Notes under the pieces: generated by a model
What the model saw: only the letters and a program-made list of their open reading frames with translations
Told to the model about the DNA's origin: nothing
Databases searched by the model: none
IMG/VR virus record: IMGVR_UViG_3300003322_000968
Coordinates: 1-64,000 of that record
DNA from: a virus
Strand: one strand, 5' to 3'
Length of the DNA: 64,000 bases
Translations under genes and position numbers: made by a program
In this document: in pieces, positions 49,370 through 57,382 of the stretch
Position numbering within the stretch: position 1 is the stretch's first letter
Layout: every line of letters begins with the position of its first letter

Positions 49370-49928
49370 GCAGGCCATCAATTGGCACTTACAACTATTT
49401 AAACAGCATGGCGCTATACGCCATGACCTGACACTACAAATACCAAGCGCAGAACGCATACCAGCCCTAACAAGGACCGATGCTGGATATGATGAGATCA
49501 ATACTATTCTTGCAATATACCTCACCCAAACGTTTAATAATCTCAATTTAAGAAAGGGCTTTAATGAGGATCAGGTGCTCGATTTAGCAGAAATGATTAT
49601 TGAAGAAGCGAAGGAGGATAACTTAAGCCTGGAGGACGTAATGCTGTTTCTTCAGCAATTAGTAACAGGTAAGGCTGGTAAGATATTTGACCGGCTGGAT
49701 ATACCAACCTTTTTTGAGCTATTTGAGGGCTATAGGCAGGATCGACACCTAGCATTACAATATATACACTATGAGGCCGAAGTGCAGTTTAAAGGGATGG
49801 GCGACACGACACGGACCAGCGATGGCAATATGGAGAACGATGAAAATACAAGACGGGTTATGGCCGATTACTATAAAAACTCTATGAATAATGAAAGTCA
49901 ACCCATTCAGCCGCCGCCTGCGCCCTGA
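49302..49928 (+). CDS. Hypothetical protein (possible helicase-loader type)
   Basis: From ATG 49302; LSLEDVMLF.....GK.GKIFDRLD. Confidence 0.5.
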   Translation: MENKSLVPSSSKSLLPALRTGNKQAINWHLQLFKQHGAIRHDLTLQIPSAERIPALTRTDAGYDEINTILAIYLTQTFNNLNLRKGFNEDQVLDLAEMIIEEAKEDNLSLEDVMLFLQQLVTGKAGKIFDRLDIPTFFELFEGYRQDRHLALQYIHYEAEVQFKGMGDTTRTSDGNMENDENTRRVMADYYKNSMNNESQPIQPPPAP

Positions 49929-50253
49929 GGATAAGTTACACGCAAGCGTTTGCGACTATATACTTTGGACCTATCCCGGAGCCGTTATACACCACTCGCC
50001 TAATGAAGGAAAACGTACGGCATTTGAGCGGTATTTAATGAAGGTCCTGCGCGTCTCCAGTGGCTTTCCTGACCTGCTAATATTTTACCGTGGCCAAACG
50101 ATCGCCATTGAATTAAAGGCCGGTAAAAACTGTATGACGGTCAATCAACAACGATGGATTGCGTTGCTCAAGGAATACTTCCCTGCGTCCTGTTGTACGG
50201 GCTTTGATGAGGCAACTGCTTTTATTGATGAGTATTTTAAAAACCTTAAATAA
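49891..50253 (+). CDS. VRR-NUC domain nuclease
   Basis: EDKLH, HSPNEG, GFPDL, IELKAGKN..T.NQ..W. Confidence 0.85.
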   Translation: MKVNPFSRRLRPEDKLHASVCDYILWTYPGAVIHHSPNEGKRTAFERYLMKVLRVSSGFPDLLIFYRGQTIAIELKAGKNCMTVNQQRWIALLKEYFPASCCTGFDEATAFIDEYFKNLK

Positions 50254-50329
50254 ACAAAAAACCACGCCTTATGGGGCGTGGCAATTGCCAGTATCTATAT
50301 GTAACAAAAAAGGAGGTACACCTAATCTA
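50253..50329 (-). ncRNA. Candidate small RNA driven by a late-type promoter
   Basis: Minus-strand TAGATTAGGTGTA (50317-50329), then ~30 nt later CCACGCC-CCATAA-GGCGTGG + TTTTTG. Confidence 0.5.
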
Positions 50330-50342
50330 CTCATTAAATTTC

Positions 50343-50732
50343 ATGTATCCAACAAAAATTCCCTTGCGAGAAATTGAACGCTCAATATCAATTAATTGTG
50401 CAATTGACAAATCCTCCCCAAAAACGCTGCAGCTCATGAAGTGGCAAGGCCAGAACCAGTATCTAAGACAAGGTTTAGGCCGGTGCCTATTTGTGTACAT
50501 TGCCTTAAAATCAGGCTACAATCAAGAGGAGATTTGCGACTATTTGACTATGAGCGAACAGGAGTACTTGCAGCAATCCGGGATCCTGGATGAATACTAC
50601 AATAACGGGCGCTTATTGTTTGAATCAGTTGGCACAAAAGCCGGCTATTTAGAAACTAAAGACGCCTGCTTATTCTTTTACCGCAAGCTAGTATTAGCGG
50701 AGAACTATTTGCGGTATAGGTTTGGGTTATAA
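50343..50732 (+). CDS. Protein with a DnaA domain IV-like HTH; candidate late activator
   Basis: GRCLFVYIALKSGYNQEEICDYL resembles the DnaA C-terminal HTH; last gene of the early operon. Confidence 0.45.
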   Translation: MYPTKIPLREIERSISINCAIDKSSPKTLQLMKWQGQNQYLRQGLGRCLFVYIALKSGYNQEEICDYLTMSEQEYLQQSGILDEYYNNGRLLFESVGTKAGYLETKDACLFFYRKLVLAENYLRYRFGL

Positions 50733-50735
50733 ACT

Positions 50736-50764
50736 AAAAAGCCCCAGTGTTGAAACACCAGGGC
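50736..50764 (-). terminator. Intrinsic terminator at the convergence of two operons
   Basis: GCCCTGGTGT-TTCA-ACACTGGGGC + TTTTT on the minus strand. Confidence 0.7.
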
Positions 50765-50844
50765 CCGAGCTAATAGCTACTTGCTATTTGGAAGAAAAGC
50801 CCAAGCGGGCAAAAAACACTATATATGAAAAGACAAAATCATTA

Positions 50845-51501
50845 TTAAAAGTATCCCTTAATATAATCCCAAATTCGCTCTTTTATAGCTAACATTCCTT
50901 TATCGGATGGGTGAGAGCATATACCGGGATCAGCATAAAGCCCCTTCGCAGTATTTGTTTCATCTTTTTGTAAATCAGAATTTAAAATGAAAGCATATTT
51001 TTCCCGGTAAGCCCACTTTCTTATTTCCATATTAAGTGCTTTATTCCAAAATCCATCTACAATTACAACAACAGCATTTGAGGTGTTAAGGTAATTTATC
51101 AACCTTTCGTAATATTCAATGAAATCAATAGCTCCTTCTGGTACATTCTCAGATATTCGGAAAATATACAAATCAGCTCCTTTTAATAAATCCAATTGCT
51201 GAAGATCATAGGTTTTAAATTCTCTTTCAAATGCTGCTATGTTTTTAAACTCAATTGATGTACCGGGGGATTTGTCTTTGATGCTTTTAATCAGTAGATG
51301 AACAAAATCTGAATCTAAAGCGGAAGCTGCCATTCCCCAATCATGTTCCCATCCAATAGAAGGTAGCGGAGCATGTTGTACAATACTGTTACCTAAGATT
51401 ACTACCTTTTGAATTTTCCCAACCTTAGCATTGATTATAGGATTGGGTTGATTACAGGCAAAAAGATATAATGTAAAGATTAGTAAGCTAATGCGGCGCA
51501 T
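50845..51501 (-). CDS. SGNH/GDSL hydrolase lipoprotein (moron)
   Basis: Lipobox LFAC, ILGNSI block I, EN block III, HPSDKG block V. Confidence 0.82.
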   Translation of the reverse strand: MRRISLLIFTLYLFACNQPNPIINAKVGKIQKVVILGNSIVQHAPLPSIGWEHDWGMAASALDSDFVHLLIKSIKDKSPGTSIEFKNIAAFEREFKTYDLQQLDLLKGADLYIFRISENVPEGAIDFIEYYERLINYLNTSNAVVVIVDGFWNKALNMEIRKWAYREKYAFILNSDLQKDETNTAKGLYADPGICSHPSDKGMLAIKERIWDYIKGYF

Positions 51502-51559
51502 AGATTAAATTTAAAAATGGCCAGGATATTTAGTAGTATCCTGGCCGCGATGCACATAT

Positions 51560-51567
51560 CAAATATA
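51560..51567 (-). promoter_or_regulatory. Bacteroidota sigmaA-type -7 element upstream of the SGNH gene
   Basis: TATATTTG matches TAnnTTTG. Confidence 0.45.
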
Positions 51568-51620
51568 AATTACCGCGACGAATGTAAAGAAAAGTCCAAA
51601 AATGTCAATATAATTTGCGA

Positions 51621-51848
51621 CTATTTTGCCTTACGGTTATAATTACGCATTTCAAATCTGATAACGCCGCTTCGGTCACGCCACGCATAAAGCGTATCGG
51701 GGCGTAGGCTGTCGAATGAAACAACTTCCAACTCTTCTGGTAAGTCAATTTGCGAGAGCTTGTGTGCGGTAAAGGTAAGGCCGGAGATAATAAATAAAAC
51801 CAGGACACTGAGCGCTATAGTGAGCGCGGTTACGTTTCGTTTATACAT
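51621..51848 (-). CDS. Array gene: membrane-anchored small protein
   Basis: MYKRNVTALTIALSVLVLFII... Confidence 0.6.
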   Translation of the reverse strand: MYKRNVTALTIALSVLVLFIISGLTFTAHKLSQIDLPEELEVVSFDSLRPDTLYAWRDRSGVIRFEMRNYNRKAK

Positions 51849-51883
51849 TTGGTTTAGTTTGTTTATATAAAACAAAAGCCCGG

Positions 51884-52429
51884 CTATTTGCCGGGCTTAG
51901 TAACAACCTGATCTATTGCAGTTTTTATCTGTTCTTTTGTAAGATACCATGAGCTTACTTTAATACAATTCTTACCATTAAATGTTATCACTGACACTTC
52001 GCAGGTATCCCCTATGAGCGCGGTAAGCGCCTGCGCCAATCTGTTAATTTCGCTCAAGTCTTTTGAGCTGCTTGACCTGATTACCTCTGATCGTTTATCA
52101 AGCCTTGGCGGTCTTTTTTTCATAACCAATCGCTCCGGTCCGGGGCTATGAGCCTCAAGATAGGCCGCTAATTTTGCGACTATTTCAGGGTCATTTGAAG
52201 GATATTCCCGCAAAGAAGAGGCCGTAATGATGTGTGTGGCCCCTTTTATTTGCGTATTCAGGAACCAAAATTCATGATCAAGGCTGCCGGCATTTGCTAC
52301 TATTTGGTTATTATGCAGGGCGCAGGTTGTAATAGCCTCATTCCTGCAATTGGCTGCCCAATCGGCCATTTCTGTAACCAAGGGCTGTCTGTAACGGCAA
52401 AGGGTTATTTTCGAAGGCTTTTTTGACAT
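51884..52429 (-). CDS. Array gene: hypothetical protein
   Basis: Start MSKKPSK at 52429; stop codon lies in the next hairpin. Confidence 0.6.
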   Translation of the reverse strand: MSKKPSKITLCRYRQPLVTEMADWAANCRNEAITTCALHNNQIVANAGSLDHEFWFLNTQIKGATHIITASSLREYPSNDPEIVAKLAAYLEAHSPGPERLVMKKRPPRLDKRSEVIRSSSSKDLSEINRLAQALTALIGDTCEVSVITFNGKNCIKVSSWYLTKEQIKTAIDQVVTKPGK

Positions 52430-52571
52430 AACAGTGTTTTTGTTTTTAACTATATCATACCATAAATAGCAAAGCCCGCAAAAGCGGGCAGTAAACGTAA
52501 ATTTCAATTCATAGGCGAATTCTTTTTATGTTTTGCGACTATTTTAGTCAGCAATGATCAGTAATACGATC

Positions 52572-52841
52572 CTACGCTTTGCGATCCTGGTGAAACCGGC
52601 AGCGCTCACCAGGTTTTGCGACTATTTGTTGGCACTTGCCACCCTTGGCCTTATCGGCCCCGCAGCGCAGCGTGTTGGGATCGTGAAACCGGCAATAGCC
52701 AGACGGTAATACAAACGGCGACATACATTGTACAGAATCTTTCAGTTTCTTGTCGTAGCGCTTGCCCTTACATTGGGGGTTCTGGGCTATTACGGTAAGT
52801 GTTACCAGTAATAGCCCCAAAATAACGGTTAGAGTTTTCAT
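52572..52841 (-). CDS. Array gene: exported protein with two C-x-C-C-H zinc-knuckle-like repeats
   Basis: Signal peptide; QCKG...QC...YCRFH and RCGA..KGGKC...RCRFH. Confidence 0.6.
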   Translation of the reverse strand: MKTLTVILGLLLVTLTVIAQNPQCKGKRYDKKLKDSVQCMSPFVLPSGYCRFHDPNTLRCGADKAKGGKCQQIVAKPGERCRFHQDRKA

Positions 52842-52903
52842 GTTAATTGTTTATAATAAAAAACCCCGCATTTGCGGGGTTGGTAGGGATTAATAAACGG
52901 GGC

Positions 52904-53146
52904 CTATTTGTTGTTTTCTTTGAATGCTTTATATTCCGCCTTGCACCATTGCTTATAGTCGGTTTTTGTGACGCCTGCCTCTTTGTCTCTTTGTTCTTCA
53001 TACCCGTTTCTGTTTTCCCAATAGCTTTTAGCGGTTGCCTCGGTCATGAATTTTGCAGCCTTGGGGGTTTTATAATCTTCTGGGTAAAGCCTCATATTCT
53101 CTCTGAACAATTCCTTTATTATTTGCTCAATGTTATGTTTTTGCAT
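52904..53146 (-). CDS. Array gene: hypothetical protein
   Basis: Preceded by the array unit. Confidence 0.65.
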   Translation of the reverse strand: MQKHNIEQIIKELFRENMRLYPEDYKTPKAAKFMTEATAKSYWENRNGYEEQRDKEAGVTKTDYKQWCKAEYKAFKENNK

Positions 53147-53172
53147 ATTGAGTGTTTTAAATACAAAAGCCC

Positions 53173-53473
53173 CTATTCGGGGCTATGCATTGTGGTTAAA
53201 ACTTCATTCATTTCTTCACCAGGAATAAACAGCACTTCCGCGCTGTCGTCATTGTCGTTTTGCTGCGTAATTTTTAGGCTATTGTCACGATAAACGATAT
53301 AAATGCGTCCCTCGTAATTAATGCTTGAAATAGCGCATTTAATAGGCTCTGAAGGCAGTTCGTCAATTGAGGTCTGCTTAATAATGCGGGCCCAATTTTA
53401 AAAGTTCTTCATGATCCCATTCGCCATGCAGGCGCGCTTGAATTGCTCGTAATGCTTGAACTGTGTTATACAT
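53173..53473 (-). pseudogene. Array gene interrupted by a frameshift
   Basis: MYNTVQ...LKLGPHY* continues in the +1 frame as ...RIIKQTSIDELP...MHSPE*; 301 nt from ATG to the stop in the next hairpin. Confidence 0.6.
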
Positions 53474-53567
53474 ATAAGTGTTTTTAAATACAAAAACCCC
53501 GCCCAGCAACCTGGAACGGGGTAAACACTCTGTCCAACGAAAAAGAGGGTTTAACGTTTTCCCGATG

Positions 53568-53921
53568 TCAGGAAAACGCTTCAATAAATTCTTTATCCCA
53601 GTCGCCGTTTTCGTCAAATACGGTGTATTCGCAATTATCATATGCGCAATATAACGGATAGCCTGAGCGTGAATTTAAATTCGTTGCAAAGATTACCGGT
53701 TTGCCGTTAACGGTTATATTATAATTTGCAACATAAATATCCCCGCTGCTATCGTCTTTTTCGATCCTGAACGGCTCACCATTTTCTACTATTTGTATTG
53801 TAATACCCTCGGGCCGGTCATGCTGATCGCTTTTGATTAAAAGGTGCCCCATGCAGCGTAATAATTTTGCTTCATTGAAAAAATCGCGGGGTATAACGCG
53901 TAAATAGCTACTATTTGTCAT
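53568..53921 (-). CDS. Array gene: conserved phage hypothetical protein
   Basis: YLRVIPRDFFNEAKLL.C.G...LNSRSGYPLY. Confidence 0.7.
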   Translation of the reverse strand: MTNSSYLRVIPRDFFNEAKLLRCMGHLLIKSDQHDRPEGITIQIVENGEPFRIEKDDSSGDIYVANYNITVNGKPVIFATNLNSRSGYPLYCAYDNCEYTVFDENGDWDKEFIEAFS

Positions 53922-53992
53922 ATAAGTGTTTTAACTAAAAAGCCCCGCGCAATTGCTTGCAACGGGGCCGCTTTCCATCTAAAACCAAATAG

Positions 53993-54430
53993 TTAAACGC
54001 GCATAAACTCCTTCAGATCGTATTGAGTGCTACCATGTGTGAAATAGGCTCCGCCCTCCTCGTGCTCAATCTCCGCCTCATAAATTTCTTCATGCTCCAT
54101 ATCCTGCCCGTAATTAAACCGGTAATACACCCCGTCATTGCTATGATTAAACATAATTTCAATGCCGCCATGATTGCAAATTGTAAGTGTTGCATCTGGC
54201 TTGAATCTATCGGGGCTTATATCTGCAACCTTCCCCACTATTAATTCAAATTCGCGCCACCAATCGCCAATGGTATGTTTTTCGCCCATATCATTAATGG
54301 TTTGGCAGTCCATTAACGCCGCCTCGGTGTCAATACGGCGACCGGTTTCAACTGTGTAGATTTTGCCTTTAGTAAAGCAGCCGCCGCCATTGTGCAGGTT
54401 ACTTTTTGCTTTAATTTGATAAGTATTCAT
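53993..54430 (-). CDS. Array gene: hypothetical protein, probably two domains
   Basis: 145 aa; preceded by the array unit. Confidence 0.65.
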   Translation of the reverse strand: MNTYQIKAKSNLHNGGGCFTKGKIYTVETGRRIDTEAALMDCQTINDMGEKHTIGDWWREFELIVGKVADISPDRFKPDATLTICNHGGIEIMFNHSNDGVYYRFNYGQDMEHEEIYEAEIEHEEGGAYFTHGSTQYDLKEFMRV

Positions 54431-54488
54431 GTTATGAGTGTTTATTAATAGAAAAGCCCCAATGAGGGGCTAAATTTGCTACTATTTG

Positions 54489-54713
54489 TTACAGATCATC
54501 GGGGCCAAATGTATGCCAGCTAATGTAGCTATAGAGCCTATTTAATACAATCATAGCGCGCAAAGATTCCGCCGTAAATGATTTTAGTGTATTGTCAGCG
54601 CCGTGAAGCGTATTATATAACAATTTGGCTTCTGTGCCATGGGGATCAATTTTTCCCTCTTTAATGCGCTTAACAAACTGCTTGACCTGATTGTTTAATT
54701 CTGCTTTTGTCAT
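54489..54713 (-). CDS. Array gene: hypothetical protein
   Basis: Preceded by the array unit. Confidence 0.65.
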   Translation of the reverse strand: MTKAELNNQVKQFVKRIKEGKIDPHGTEAKLLYNTLHGADNTLKSFTAESLRAMIVLNRLYSYISWHTFGPDDL

Positions 54714-54743
54714 TGTATGAGTGTTTATTAATACAAAACCCCG

Positions 54744-55010
54744 CTATTTGCGGGGTTTTAGCTTTTGGAATGTATCTGTAATTATATAATAACAATCCTT
54801 TCCTTCTGCATGGCCTATTATGACAAAACCGTTTTGTTGCAACCAATATTCAGCGATCTCACAACTATCTTTGCCGTAATCAGCATCAAAGGGTATGATA
54901 ACAGACTGCTTAAATCTTTCGCTTTTAATAGAAATACGCGCCGGTTGCGTGTTAGTCTGTCCAACGTATTTAACTATCAGAATGTGGTAATTAGGTATTT
55001 TAGTATTCAT
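54744..55010 (-). CDS. Array gene: conserved phage hypothetical protein
   Basis: VKYVGQTNTQPARISI motif; stop codon in the next hairpin. Confidence 0.7.
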   Translation of the reverse strand: MNTKIPNYHILIVKYVGQTNTQPARISIKSERFKQSVIIPFDADYGKDSCEIAEYWLQQNGFVIIGHAEGKDCYYIITDTFQKLKPRK

Positions 55011-55086
55011 ATAAGTGTTTTATAAATACAAAAGCCGGCCAGGGCGAAACCTGAACCGGCTAACGTGTACCTATGAAAAACCGACC

Positions 55087-55338
55087 TTAATAAGCGCTAA
55101 TAATTTCCAATTTATTGCTTTCGCAAAAATCATTGACCTTATAAAAATCAGCAAGATTAGATGTTTTCACCAACGAATACCCTAATGAATTAATAGATTC
55201 TGTCAAGTCTTGTAATCTGTATTTATCTACCCTGGTAAGCAGGTGTGAATATTCATCAATTTCTTTAATGGCATTTTCTAAGCGCTCTAAATCTTGTTGC
55301 AATTTTATTTGTGCAGCTTTTTTAGTTTGTTTTCTCAT
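55087..55338 (-). CDS. Array gene: hypothetical protein
   Basis: Preceded by the array unit. Confidence 0.65.
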   Translation of the reverse strand: MRKQTKKAAQIKLQQDLERLENAIKEIDEYSHLLTRVDKYRLQDLTESINSLGYSLVKTSNLADFYKVNDFCESNKLEIISAY

Positions 55339-55422
55339 TGTATTAAGTGTTTTTAACTAAAAAACCCCGCTGGAACGAAACCAGACGGGGCTATGTGCTC
55401 TATCGGCTATAACAGAGATAAG

Positions 55423-55662
55423 CTAGTCAGCTATTTGGTTTGCTTGCTGTATTGCAAATTTCGTTTCGTGGATACGGCTTAAATTACCAGTTACTATTTC
55501 ACCAGTTGCCGCCCCAACTGCATTGCATAGTTGCTGCCGTATATTATCATCCTGCACATGCAGCCCTAACAATTGGGCCTGCGCTTTAATGTTAAAGTAA
55601 GCAATTGCATTATTGGCGGCCGCAACTAAATCGGCCATTATTTTAGTCTCTTTGTTTGTCAT
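55423..55662 (-). CDS. Array gene: hypothetical protein
   Basis: Preceded by the array unit. Confidence 0.6.
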   Translation of the reverse strand: MTNKETKIMADLVAAANNAIAYFNIKAQAQLLGLHVQDDNIRQQLCNAVGAATGEIVTGNLSRIHETKFAIQQANQIAD

Positions 55663-55691
55663 ACAAGTGTTTTATAAATACAAAAGCCCGG

Positions 55692-56165
55692 TTATTTGCC
55701 GGGCCTGTAAAATTCAACATAACTTAAGTCTTTGGTGTACCTTACTCGAACATTGTTCGGCAAACCCCAGTAAGCGCCACCTTTATCATATGCGGGTTCG
55801 CTCATTGGTATGTATTCATCAAATATCTTTGTACCAGCTGGTGGCGGCACTCCTATATTTGATCTGCCCATTGGAGCGCCATGTTTACCATTAACGGGGG
55901 TTATGATCTGGTTAACCAGCCGTTTACCGTTCAGGACATATAGGTCATAGCCCTGGCTTTTTAGCTCCCGTTGCAAGGTTATATAATCGGCCCTGCGCGC
56001 TCGTTTAAGTTTCTTGCAATATTCAACTTTTGCAGTACTGTGTTGCCCAATATGGCTATAGCAATATATGTCAAGGCCCGGGTTAACCCAGTCACTGCCG
56101 GGAAATACAGCTAATACACCACGGGGGTTTTCTTCAATCAGGAATAATACGGTTGTTTTGCTCAT
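55692..56165 (-). CDS. Array gene: two-domain phage hypothetical protein
   Basis: VLAVFP..CYSHIGQHS domain fused to a GAPMGR...YDKGGAYWG domain. Confidence 0.7.
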   Translation of the reverse strand: MSKTTVLFLIEENPRGVLAVFPGSDWVNPGLDIYCYSHIGQHSTAKVEYCKKLKRARRADYITLQRELKSQGYDLYVLNGKRLVNQIITPVNGKHGAPMGRSNIGVPPPAGTKIFDEYIPMSEPAYDKGGAYWGLPNNVRVRYTKDLSYVEFYRPGK

Positions 56166-56219
56166 ACAAGTGTTTTAAATAATAAAGCCCGCATGCATAG
56201 AAATGCAGCGGGCATTTAA

Positions 56220-56372
56220 TTAGTCTGGTTGTAATTCAATTGCAGCAGGAACATAATCGCCGTCATTTAGCCAGTATTCTGAATGGGCGCTATTTTCGTC
56301 TAACTGCCTGATTATTGCGCCCATTACTTTAATTAAGTCAAGCGCTTCAATCAACTTTTGTTTGTCATCCAT
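56220..56372 (-). CDS. Array gene: 50-aa protein without its own hairpin unit
   Basis: Manual translation MDDKQKLIEALDLIK...ELQPD*. Confidence 0.55.
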   Translation of the reverse strand: MDDKQKLIEALDLIKVMGAIIRQLDENSAHSEYWLNDGDYVPAAIELQPD

Positions 56373-56394
56373 AAATAAAAAAGTTTTTGAATGA

Positions 56395-56586
56395 TTAGTC
56401 GGGTTTAACCCATGCTGAAACCGTCAGGGAAATAGCTTTACCGTTTGCTTTAACATCTGTGCGCTTAGCGCCGTTACTGCTAGCTACAATAAGCGTTTTG
56501 CCGCTGCCGCTCATTTTAGGCGCCTCTAAGGGCAATGTGATTACAAGATGTTGCCTGCCTTCGATTGTCTTGAGTTCAGTTTGCAT
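56395..56586 (-). CDS. Array gene: small conserved protein
   Basis: SGSGKTLIVASSNG motif. Confidence 0.7.
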   Translation of the reverse strand: MQTELKTIEGRQHLVITLPLEAPKMSGSGKTLIVASSNGAKRTDVKANGKAISLTVSAWVKPD

Positions 56587-56613
56587 ATAAAGTGTTTTAA
56601 ATAAGAAAAGCCC

Positions 56614-56943
56614 TTAACGGGCTTTCTTGTTAGCGAATTCACGGGCTTTTAACCAGTATTTTGCAGCGTTGGGAGCATTGTCTGGGTGGTAATGTATGTT
56701 TTCCTCCCGCTCTGTATTGGTGCCATAGTCTTTTATATAAAATCCTGTACTATACCACGAACTAATGCTTGCGCTGTCAGGGCTCTGAGAGGCATGTATG
56801 TGTGTTTTCATTAATGCAACCAACTCCCTAAATGTTACTTGCTGCTTTTCTTCAATAAAGCCAGTATCTGAATAATCCCCTATTGCAGCGCTTTCGGGTG
56901 TAGTTTCAGCGTATGTGCGCGAAATGATTATGTAGTTGTTCAT
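56614..56943 (-). CDS. Array gene: hypothetical protein
   Basis: Start MNNYIII at 56943; TPESAAIGD..DTGF. Confidence 0.65.
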   Translation of the reverse strand: MNNYIIISRTYAETTPESAAIGDYSDTGFIEEKQQVTFRELVALMKTHIHASQSPDSASISSWYSTGFYIKDYGTNTEREENIHYHPDNAPNAAKYWLKAREFANKKAR

Positions 56944-57000
56944 GATATGAGTGTTTATAAAACAAAACCCCCATACAACTAAATGCATGGGGGTTAATAT

Positions 57001-57207
57001 TTAAAAATCCGGGGTATGTTCAACCTGTTCCCCGTTTGCTTTTTCACATAAGTGAACACTTACCATGTGCTCCTTACTCTTTTTGGGCTTAAAGTAGGCA
57101 ATAGCTTTCTGTTTTGCTTCATATAAATCATTAGCCCAAATGTCGGTTTCTTTGTCATTGTAAAATGCCTTATAGCCATTTAGGCCATTTGTTTTATTGT
57201 TTTCCAT
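57001..57207 (-). CDS. Array gene: conserved small phage early protein
   Basis: NGYKAFYN.K...A..LYEAKQKA...VHLCEK.NGEQV.H. Confidence 0.7.
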   Translation of the reverse strand: MENNKTNGLNGYKAFYNDKETDIWANDLYEAKQKAIAYFKPKKSKEHMVSVHLCEKANGEQVEHTPDF

Positions 57208-57260
57208 TGTAAAGTGTTTTAATTAAAAATGCCCGACTAATTAAAGTCAGGCATTGGTAA

Positions 57261-57338
57261 TTAATGAGTACGTATAAATTGCGCGACAATGTTTGCCAGC
57301 ACAACAAAGGAGCTGATCAAATAATTTACATATTTCAT
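57261..57338 (-). CDS. Array gene: 25-aa hydrophobic peptide
   Basis: MKYVNYLISSFVVLANIVAQFIRTH*, with its own hairpin unit. Confidence 0.5.
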   Translation of the reverse strand: MKYVNYLISSFVVLANIVAQFIRTH

Positions 57339-57382
57339 ATCGTTAACAAGTTTATATAATAACAAAACCCGCATTAAGCGGG

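Noticed and set aside
52847-53293. 148-aa plus-strand ORF and similar antisense ORFs in the track (e.g. 2499-2897, 49148-49546, 59083-59391)
   Set aside because: They lie antisense to better-supported genes or over regulatory DNA, lack start contexts and show no recognisable motifs
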